DNA of 44,538 bases, taken from contig RXOA01000043.1 of the NCBI GenBank assembly GCA_003979035.1, positions 1 to 44,538 of the forward strand. The letters are read 5' to 3'. The position numbers were made by a program, and so were the translations under genes. Each line of letters opens with the position of its first letter. The stretch's first letter is position 1. The notes beneath the pieces are model-generated. The model made no database searches and was not told the origin of the DNA. It was given only the letters and a program-made list of their open reading frames with translations. This document shows, piece after piece, positions 37,469-44,538 of the stretch. The DNA comes from Candidatus Bipolaricaulota bacterium. Its GTDB lineage: Bacteria > Bipolaricaulota > Bipolaricaulia > UBA7950 > UBA9294.

Positions 37469-38518
37469 TCAACACTGAACACCGATGCAGTGCCTGGCAA
37501 TTTCCGCGGGGGTTTCGAAGGGCTGCACGGTAAGCTGCGAGGTCTCATCCTCGTTCTCGAACCGATACTTCGCGACAATCGAAGCACGTTGTCCCACATC
37601 GCCGTGGGTAGCGGCGATTCGTGCCGCCACTTCGATAATTCGTGCGACCTCGTTTCCCGACTTCTCTTCCCACGCTGTCCGGACAAGGGCCATCGGCCCC
37701 TGACAGGATGCAAGATACACACGCAAATCGTTGGGGAAAAACAGATTCTGGAGCGCACGCTTTTCTTCCTCCGAGATGGCGAGAACGATCTTCACATCGG
37801 GAGGAAGCTTGTAGTAAAGATCGAAATCCAGCAGCTTGAGCCCATTGAGCGTAAACCCTTCTTCGCGAAAAAGGTTCGTCAACCGCTCCCCGAATCCGGG
37901 GCGCATCAATTTGCAGCGAGTTCGGCAAGGTGCGCCACTTGCCGTGTAGATACCCATCTCGTTCGCCAGCGACTCGAGCGCGTCTGCATCTTCGGCTGTC
38001 CAAGCAAAGGAAGTTTCACTCCCGATGACCCCCTGCACATCCGGATCTAGCGGCGGAAGAAGCTTCGCCGAAAGCGGCCGGAAAATTCGCCCGGATGCTC
38101 CCAGTCGGGCGGCAATCAGGGCAAGGTCGTCCACCGATAGGCCGTGCTCGCCGGCGACTTCGCCGGTCACAAGGAATTGCGCTCCGATCCTCTCCATGTA
38201 CCGCACCCCTCGCGTGAGCAGCAAGCTGCGGCAGCTGAAGCACGTTCGAGCAATCGAAAACGGCTCCCCGGTGGGGGTGCTCACCAATTGCCGGACTTCC
38301 CGCTTCAGGGATTGGGTTCGATACTTCATGTTCGCCCAGTCAAGCTTGAGCGTCTCTCGGAAGTGGTCCAACTCCTCGAACAGCGGACCCCGGAAGTGAA
38401 GAAGGCAGACTTCCTCGACTTGAGGAAGTCGGGCGACAAGCTCCGTGGCCACTTGACTGGCCAGGCTCCCTGAGAACAGGGACAATACTCTCACACCATG
38501 ATCCACAGGTTCGTTCAC
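37469..38518 (-). CDS. PP-loop ATPase-like protein (ThiI / tRNA-thiolation-like) with degenerate PP-loop
   Basis: VLSLFSGSLAS stands where the SGGxDS PP-loop is expected. CFSCRSLLL...FLVTGEVAGEHG and RPLSAKLL resemble ThiI-like enzymes, from memory. GTG start. Confidence 0.45.
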   Translation of the reverse strand: MNEPVDHGVRVLSLFSGSLASQVATELVARLPQVEEVCLLHFRGPLFEELDHFRETLKLDWANMKYRTQSLKREVRQLVSTPTGEPFSIARTCFSCRSLLLTRGVRYMERIGAQFLVTGEVAGEHGLSVDDLALIAARLGASGRIFRPLSAKLLPPLDPDVQGVIGSETSFAWTAEDADALESLANEMGIYTASGAPCRTRCKLMRPGFGERLTNLFREEGFTLNGLKLLDFDLYYKLPPDVKIVLAISEEEKRALQNLFFPNDLRVYLASCQGPMALVRTAWEEKSGNEVARIIEVAARIAATHGDVGQRASIVAKYRFENEDETSQLTVQPFETPAEIARHCIGVQC

Positions 38519-38521
38519 GTC

Positions 38522-39055
38522 TTAGAGTCTCGGTTCAATTAGTCCGTAATTCCCATCCCTTCGATGGTAAATGATGTTTACCTGATCCGTTTCCGCGTTG
38601 ATGAAGACAAGGAATCCTTTCTCGATCGCTTCAAGCTGCAACGCCGCCTCTTCAGGGAGCATCGGTTTCCGGAAGTAGGTGTCCGTTCGAATGATGCTCT
38701 TCGGCTCGCCTGTCCCGGGCACATCTTCGGAGGACGCCATCTTCTCCTGAACGGGACTGCGGTCCCTCGTCTCTTGAAGATGGCTTTTGTACTTCACAAG
38801 CTGCCTTCGAAGCTTGTCAATCGCCCCGTCGATTGAAGCATACATGTCCGTGGACACTTCATGCGACGCGACGACTTTGCGATTGGTCAAGTGAGCGTGA
38901 AAATCGGCAATCTGGCGCTCTTTTTCCACGGATAGAACGACGTCCACACTGATCATGCCGTCGAAGTAGCGTTCGAGCCCCTCTGTCTTTTCCACGACGT
39001 AGGCTCGCAACGCCTCACTGGAAGATGTGTGCCGCTCGACAATCTTGAGCTTCAC
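38522..39055 (-). CDS. hpf: ribosome hibernation promoting factor, long form
   Basis: The N-terminal S30AE/RaiA-type domain (EALRAYVVEKTEGLERYF...MYASIDGAIDKLRRQL) is followed by a C-terminal dimerisation domain (KPMLPEEAALQLEAIEKGFLVFINAETDQVNIIYHRRDGNYGLIEP). GTG start with AAAGGAGG upstream. Confidence 0.88.
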   Translation of the reverse strand: MKLKIVERHTSSSEALRAYVVEKTEGLERYFDGMISVDVVLSVEKERQIADFHAHLTNRKVVASHEVSTDMYASIDGAIDKLRRQLVKYKSHLQETRDRSPVQEKMASSEDVPGTGEPKSIIRTDTYFRKPMLPEEAALQLEAIEKGFLVFINAETDQVNIIYHRRDGNYGLIEPRL

Positions 39056-39087
39056 GACCCCTGCCTCCTTTCCCTCTTGCCAACAGG

Positions 39088-39116
39088 ATTGTAGCAGAGA
39101 TCGCGTGCGCGGTCAA
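39088..39116 (-). promoter_or_regulatory. sigma70 promoter TTGACC-N17-TACAAT for hpf
   Basis: On the minus strand, tTTGACCgcgcacgcgatctctgcTACAATcc. The -35 element is at 39111-39116 and the -10 at 39088-39093, about 33 nt upstream of the hpf start. Confidence 0.55.
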
Positions 39117-39147
39117 ACGGCTTACTTTGAGTCGATGTGCCGTAAAG

Positions 39148-40692
39148 TTAAACTAATTGAGGTATAGCTCCTACACCACAAATCCCTGCTCTCAGCCCGG
39201 ATACAATCGCACGAAGGTCATCCGCACGCAAATCCGGTTCATAGATGCGGAATTCGCGGTTCACGAACCCGTTCAGGTCGCTTCGATAATACAATGAACC
39301 TGCCCTTCGCTCCTGGACGATGAGGCCCATGTCGAGAAACTGGCGTGGAGGCTCATCAAGCATGACGCCGGCGGCGCAATCGATCCACGCTGCGATTTGC
39401 TCCACGGAGTACGAATTCGGCGCATGGCTCAACGCAAACGCAAGCATTCGACGATGGACGAGGCTTGTTCGCGAAATTCGTTGCACGATTCGCTCGATCT
39501 GCCGCCGTACGGCGGGCGGAAGAACGTTCTCATCCTCCATTGGAATGTCAATCACATGCTCCGGCGGTTGGAGCATCAAGGTTCGATACTCCCTTTCTTC
39601 GCCAGCAGGCGGTGCGGCAATCTCGGCAACCTCCTCTTCGGATGACGGTTCCTCCAGATAGCGTCTCGGCGCGTGCGCGGAAGCCACTCCCACATCCTCC
39701 GTCGACTGGACCTCGACACGGATGTATCCAAGCGTCCGAGCGACTTCCTCCAGTTCCTGGATCCGTCCGTCTCGCTCCCCGATGAGAGACATCAGCTCCT
39801 CGATTCGCTCACGAAGGGCATCCGCTTCCGATTTCCTCCCTTGTCCCGCCTTCTTTGCCCGCTCGAGAACCTCAAGAATCGATTGACTGACTTGGCGCAA
39901 CTCCGGCGTGACAACGACATCAAGCGATGGCGTGAACCCCGCGTGGAATGTCTCCCGCTCGCGAACGTAGATCGGGAGGACCGAGTCGCCGTTCACAAAG
40001 ACGCAATCCCCTGTTTCCAGTCCGGTAATGATCTCTTTGACTTCCGTCTTTCGCCAGGGAAGGATCTCGCTGTAGACACGCATGTCGGCCTCGTGCACCA
40101 CCCGATGGAGGAACAACATTCCGGCCTGACTGAGAACGTCCTTCTCCACCTTTGCACTTCGCTGCGAGATGATGATCGCGCCGAGGCCGCGTTTTCGTCC
40201 GCGGAGCGCAACCCGCGTCACCAATTCCTTGACTGGGCCGCGAACAGCCTGTGGAATGAACTCATGAGCTTCTTCGATTCCGATGATGTACGGACGGCGA
40301 AGCTTGCCGGCAAGCGTCCAAAGCGCCGTTAGGTACTCCCGCAGAAACTCCGTCCGCTCTTCGGAGAGGAACCCGCTCAGGTCAACAACGACGGGAACAT
40401 TTTTCTCCATGCTGATCTCGGCCACTTCACGCGCGCACCCGGGGTCGACTTCGATTTCGACACCCTCGCCGGTTCCCACGACAAGAATCTCGTATTTCTC
40501 CTTGAGACCGAAGTACTCCCCATCGATGTCGATGATCGACAACGGGTAGTTGTTCCGCAGAAGTTCTTCGAAGATGACGCCTGCCGTATTCGATTTGCCC
40601 GATCCGCGGATTCCCAGGATCGCGATGCACTGCCCGATGATGTCTTCAAGGTCCAGTTGGAGGTCTTTGCTGATCTGTAGCGGTATCCCCAT
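39148..40692 (-). CDS. HerA/DUF87-like P-loop ATPase with coiled-coil and winged-helix-like C-terminus
   Basis: Walker A ILGIRGSGKSNT, IIDIDGEYFGL, Walker B YIIGIEEAHEF, and RGRKRGLGAIIISQRS. There is no N-terminal HAS barrel. The C-terminal ~200 aa has a coiled coil (ALRERIEELMSLIGERDGRIQELEE) and then a helical domain. Confidence 0.6.
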   Translation of the reverse strand: MGIPLQISKDLQLDLEDIIGQCIAILGIRGSGKSNTAGVIFEELLRNNYPLSIIDIDGEYFGLKEKYEILVVGTGEGVEIEVDPGCAREVAEISMEKNVPVVVDLSGFLSEERTEFLREYLTALWTLAGKLRRPYIIGIEEAHEFIPQAVRGPVKELVTRVALRGRKRGLGAIIISQRSAKVEKDVLSQAGMLFLHRVVHEADMRVYSEILPWRKTEVKEIITGLETGDCVFVNGDSVLPIYVRERETFHAGFTPSLDVVVTPELRQVSQSILEVLERAKKAGQGRKSEADALRERIEELMSLIGERDGRIQELEEVARTLGYIRVEVQSTEDVGVASAHAPRRYLEEPSSEEEVAEIAAPPAGEEREYRTLMLQPPEHVIDIPMEDENVLPPAVRRQIERIVQRISRTSLVHRRMLAFALSHAPNSYSVEQIAAWIDCAAGVMLDEPPRQFLDMGLIVQERRAGSLYYRSDLNGFVNREFRIYEPDLRADDLRAIVSGLRAGICGVGAIPQLV

Positions 40693-40801
40693 TGCGTTCT
40701 CACCACCGATTCGTTCTTGTGTGCCGAGCCGATCACGTCCCCCTCAGACTGCTGAAGAAGCCTATCGGAAGAGGTCTCGGTGTTGTAGGGCGGATGTCCC
40801 C

Positions 40802-42262
40802 TCAGGAAAGGGTTTCCGTCTCTGCCTTTCTTCGCTCCAGTTCGCCCGCCACCCAATTCCGCGCTTGCTCCTCGGTCGAGATTTCGCCGGCGAGGATCCT
40901 GTCGTGCACGGCGGCAAGCACGTCGCCGAGAACAGGTCCCGGCGGAATCCCCATTGACATCAGATCATGTCCATCGAACAGCTCGCGAGCCTTGGACAAG
41001 CTCCCGACTCGATCGATGTGTTCGGCCACCTCATTGACCGTAGCAAGGATCGGTGCCCATCCCAAGGCGTGATGCGCGCAGGCCTCGCAATCCGCAATGA
41101 GCACTTGAAGCAACTCCAGAAACAGCGGATACCTTCGCGCAATCAAGGTCTCATTCGGCCGCTCGTCGGAGGCAAGGAAACGCACCTGGCGACCTCGCCC
41201 CATTCGAGGGAAGTCGGCGACTCTCATGTGCTGACGAATCAGGAAGGACAAGCGGTGGGTATCCCGTCTCGTCAACTTCAAACGTCCCGCAACGACCATC
41301 GCCATCTTCGCACCGATCAGACAATGCCCGCCCATGTGGGTTCCCTGGTGGTTCCGGAGCGCCGCTGGCTTGCCGATGTCGTGGAGCAGGATTGCCAGTT
41401 TGACGATCGGGTCTCGAACAAATGCATCGGCCACCCTCACGGCAAGGATCGTGTGCACAAAGACATCGCCTTCCGGATGGTACAGCTCCGATTGAGGAAC
41501 ACCGTGAAGAGCGCTGACCTCGGGAACGATTTCCGCCAGCAGCCCGAGTTCGTCGAGCAGCTCGATGCCGCGCGCCGACGTGGGCAGCTCCAGGGTGCGC
41601 AGCACTTCGGTCTGGATTCTCTCCCAAGCGATTTGCGGAATGCAGTGCGCAACATCACGAATCGCCGAGGCGGTCTCCGGGTCGATTTCTCCGCCGATCT
41701 GGCAGGCGAATCGCACCACCCGAAGCATGCGGAGGTAGTCCTCTGAAAAGCGGATCCTCGGATCGCCGATTGCTCGAATCCGTCTTGCTCGGAGATCCTC
41801 GACACCGCCAACGCGGTCGATCACCCTCCCCTCAACCGTGGCGGCGAGCCCGTTGATCGTCAGGTCACGGCGCTTGACATCCTCTTCCAGGGTTCCGGCG
41901 ACGCGGACCGCTGTCGGACGACGGCCGTCGTATCCACCTTCGCTGCGAAACGTCGCAACTTCCACCGCGGTGCCTCGGGGGCCGACGATCACAAGCACGC
42001 CGAATCGTTCCCCGACGTCGACCATCTTCTGTCCGGCGAAGATCCGCCGGATCTCAACCGGCGCCGCAGACGTCGTCACATCGACATCTGCCGGCGGGAA
42101 TCGAACAGCATCCTCCCCCCACGCCGCAAGAAGCCCATCGCGCACCACGCCCCCGACAAGAAACGTTTCGTGCCCACCTTCAGCCAGTCGATCGAGGATT
42201 TCGCGCACAAATGGATGTTCGCGGAAAACAGCGTCAGTGTCGATCCTTTCGTTTGCAGTCAT
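40802..42262 (-). CDS. cca: CCA-adding tRNA nucleotidyltransferase with HD domain
   Basis: FLVGGVVRDGLL...DVDVTT (pol-beta nucleotidyltransferase) and LLHDIGKP (HD domain). ATG 42262 is my preferred start; the longest ORF starts at TTG 42304. Confidence 0.8.
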   Translation of the reverse strand: MTANERIDTDAVFREHPFVREILDRLAEGGHETFLVGGVVRDGLLAAWGEDAVRFPPADVDVTTSAAPVEIRRIFAGQKMVDVGERFGVLVIVGPRGTAVEVATFRSEGGYDGRRPTAVRVAGTLEEDVKRRDLTINGLAATVEGRVIDRVGGVEDLRARRIRAIGDPRIRFSEDYLRMLRVVRFACQIGGEIDPETASAIRDVAHCIPQIAWERIQTEVLRTLELPTSARGIELLDELGLLAEIVPEVSALHGVPQSELYHPEGDVFVHTILAVRVADAFVRDPIVKLAILLHDIGKPAALRNHQGTHMGGHCLIGAKMAMVVAGRLKLTRRDTHRLSFLIRQHMRVADFPRMGRGRQVRFLASDERPNETLIARRYPLFLELLQVLIADCEACAHHALGWAPILATVNEVAEHIDRVGSLSKARELFDGHDLMSMGIPPGPVLGDVLAAVHDRILAGEISTEEQARNWVAGELERRKAETETLS

Positions 42263-42316
42263 TTTCAGAATGCGACTATAGCCTCCCGCGATCGCGTTCC
42301 GCAATGGCGGATTCGG

Positions 42317-43267
42317 TTAGCGGATACGCGTTCGGGGATCGAGCACCCCATAGGCAAGATCGGCAACCGCGTTGGAAATCACGACCACGACCACGAGAAT
42401 CACGGCGATCGCTTGGAGAAGCGGAATATCACGGCGGTCGATCGCGAACAGCAACAACCGCCCCACCCCCGGATAATTGAAGACGTTCTCGATGACAATG
42501 AGCCCTCCTACCAGCCACGAGACACTCATTGCAACGACGGTGACGGTCGGCAACAGCGCATTCCGGAGCAGATGCCGCACCACGACAACTGGGTACGGGA
42601 GCCCTTTCAATACGGCGGTACGAATGTAGGGTCGCTTCAGCTGCTCGATCACCCCGGCCCGCGTCAACCGCGAAACATATCCGACGAGCACGAACATCGC
42701 CGTCAAACTCGGCAGCCAGAGAAACGGCAACGCCTCCGCGAAGGATGCACCCGGAGACAGCGAAGACGTCGCCGGAAGCAGGTGCAATGTGTGCGCGAAA
42801 AGCTCGATCAATACCACACCGGTGACAAATTCCGGCAATCCCACCACCGATAGCGCACCGATGCTGACCGCCGCATCGACCACTGTGCGCTGACGGATGC
42901 CGGCAAGCACTCCGAGCATGACGGAGAAAGGAATCGCCAAGACCAGCGCGACGGCGGCAAGCATCAGTGAATTGGCGAGGCGATCCATCACCAACGGACG
43001 GATCGAAGTCCCCGTGCTGTAGGCTTTGCCCCAATTCCCGCCCACAAAGCCGCCAAACCATCGTGCGTATTGAACGATCGCCGGATCGTCTAGTCCCAAC
43101 TCCTCACGAAGTGCGCTCACCGCTTCCTCGCTCGCCTCACGACCAAGGATCACGCGGGCGACGTCTCCGGGGAGAAGGCGGGTCACCGCGAAGATGATCA
43201 CGGTCGTGATCAGAATGGTGAGAAGCAGAAGAGCGAGACGCTTCGCGAGATGAGCAAGCATGGTCAT
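42317..43267 (-). CDS. ABC transporter permease, Opp/Dpp B-type
   Basis: The N-terminus MTMLAHLAKRLALLLLTILITTVIIFAVTRLLPGD is typical of DppB/OppB. The protein is polytopic. The ATG overlaps the upstream stop (TGATG). Confidence 0.85.
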   Translation of the reverse strand: MTMLAHLAKRLALLLLTILITTVIIFAVTRLLPGDVARVILGREASEEAVSALREELGLDDPAIVQYARWFGGFVGGNWGKAYSTGTSIRPLVMDRLANSLMLAAVALVLAIPFSVMLGVLAGIRQRTVVDAAVSIGALSVVGLPEFVTGVVLIELFAHTLHLLPATSSLSPGASFAEALPFLWLPSLTAMFVLVGYVSRLTRAGVIEQLKRPYIRTAVLKGLPYPVVVVRHLLRNALLPTVTVVAMSVSWLVGGLIVIENVFNYPGVGRLLLFAIDRRDIPLLQAIAVILVVVVVISNAVADLAYGVLDPRTRIR

Positions 43268-44538
43268 CACCCGCCTCCCCCGAAAGCCGATTCTCGCGGA
43301 AGCGCGTCGATCTCGAGATGGCAATAAATGCGATGGGTTGATGAACACCGCCGCCAAGGCGGGGCCTCGATCTTGCACACTTCCCGCTCATGGGGGCATC
43401 GGTCCGAGAACGGACACCCGATGCCCCCGCCGACGCGAGATTCGGGAGATCGACCGCCGGCTGCCGGCTTGCTCGTCGCCACAGCGCCATGGATCGACAA
43501 CAGAAGGAGCTCGGTGTACGGATGATACGGTGGTAGAAGAACGTCTCCCGTCATCCCTTCCTCCATGGCTCGCCCCCGGTACAAGACGACGATTCGGTCG
43601 GCGAGGTAGCTGATCACCGCCAAGTCGTGGCTAATGAACAGCATGGCCCGATCATCGCGCCGCTGAAGACGCACAAGGAGATTGAGAAGTCTTGCCTGAA
43701 CGGAAACATCAAGCGCTGAGGTCGGTTCATCCAGCAGAACGACCCGCGGCTGTGCCGCCAGCATTCGGGCGATTGCCACCCGCTGCTTCTCCCCCCCGGA
43801 AAGCTGCCAAGGCCAACGGAGGGCAGACTCGTCCGAAAGGCCGACATCTTCGAGCAGCTCGACGACGCGCTGCCGAACAGCTCGCCGGCGCACGCCAGCA
43901 AGTCGCCGAAGCGGACGCTCAAGTGCGCGTCCGACTTGCCGGTAGGGATTCAGTGCCTCATCCGGATGCTGTGCCACCGCCTGCACGGACCTCAAGATCC
44001 GGAGCGGGCGCCGCGACAGTGAGGGCTGCAAGAGCTCGCCAAGCAAGAGAATCCGACCTGCGGATGAGCGATCCAATCCGAGAATCGTTCGTGCCAGGGT
44101 CGTTTTCCCGCTGCCGCTCTCGCCGACAACCCCCAGCGTCTCTCGGGAGGAAACGCCGAGCGAAACCCCATCGACCGCGCGGATCGCGTTTCCTCTCCCG
44201 CCACGCCGCGGGCCAAGACGAAAGACGGTTTCCACCCGGTCCACGTTCAGCAGTTCCTCTTCAATCGACGCCGGACCTCGCTCATGGGGCGACGCTTCCC
44301 CCCGCCAAGCGTCCCGCAGCAACGTCGGATCATCCCGCATGTCTTCCCAGCGATGACACCTCACCGTCCGCCGGTCGGCCCCACTCCTCACCACCCGCTG
44401 CGTCGGCCGTTCGTGGAGACACCGCGCCAGCACCAGCGGGCACCGGGCCGCAAAAATGCACCCGTCGGGAATCCGGCCCAGCTGCGGGACCTTGCCGGAC
44501 ATCGCGCCGAGCGCTGATCGTTGTTGATGCTGCCGCAC
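43267..44538 (-). CDS. ABC transporter ATP-binding protein, fused tandem OppD/OppF-type (5' end outside the window)
   Basis: The visible part starts in an oligopeptide-type C-terminal motif (PDGCIFAARCPLVLARC). A full second ATPase domain follows (GESGSGKTT, LSGGEKQRVAIARML, LLDEPTSALD, CPFSDRCPHEREVC). Confidence 0.85.
   Translation of the reverse strand: MRQHQQRSALGAMSGKVPQLGRIPDGCIFAARCPLVLARCLHERPTQRVVRSGADRRTVRCHRWEDMRDDPTLLRDAWRGEASPHERGPASIEEELLNVDRVETVFRLGPRRGGRGNAIRAVDGVSLGVSSRETLGVVGESGSGKTTLARTILGLDRSSAGRILLLGELLQPSLSRRPLRILRSVQAVAQHPDEALNPYRQVGRALERPLRRLAGVRRRAVRQRVVELLEDVGLSDESALRWPWQLSGGEKQRVAIARMLAAQPRVVLLDEPTSALDVSVQARLLNLLVRLQRRDDRAMLFISHDLAVISYLADRIVVLYRGRAMEEGMTGDVLLPPYHPYTELLLLSIHGAVATSKPAAGGRSPESRVGGGIGCPFSDRCPHEREVCKIEAPPWRRCSSTHRIYCHLEIDALPRESAFGGGG

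Overview
High-GC (~60%) bacterial chromosomal window with two parts. I saw no rRNA, tRNA, CRISPR array, transposase or integrase. The ORF track shows GTG/TTG starts as M and always takes the longest ORF, so I re-set several starts using Shine-Dalgarno (SD) spacing and stop/start overlaps.

(A) 14.6-37.0 kb, minus strand: one uninterrupted run of rpoC, rpsL-rpsG-fusA, the S10, spc and alpha ribosomal operons (rpsJ through rplQ), plus secY-adk-map-infA. It includes a 37-aa rpmJ that the ORF track misses. The run lacks tuf and rpmD, and no rpoB lies upstream of rpoC. A perfect consensus promoter sits between rpoC and rpsL. From 37.1 to 44.5 kb, also on the minus strand, are a FmdB-type zinc-ribbon protein, a PP-loop-like protein with a degenerate motif, long-form HPF, a HerA-like P-loop ATPase, a CCA-adding enzyme, and part of an Opp/Dpp-type ABC transporter.

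(B) 0-14.5 kb, accessory-looking:
- a 31-bp tandem repeat array abutting fpg/mutM;
- a promoter followed by a c-di-GMP-I (GEMM) riboswitch, then a small ORF and a secreted protein of unknown function;
- a convergent giant secreted protein (about 1315 aa) whose central ~860 residues are a strict (Ala-X)n alternation in a single register;
- a lipoprotein;
- a secreted protein ending in a chagasin-like protease-inhibitor domain, translationally coupled to hyuA-hyuB;
- a short-chain-type threonine dehydrogenase.

The giant (Ala-X)n protein and its c-di-GMP-riboswitch neighbourhood are the best candidate for something undescribed.
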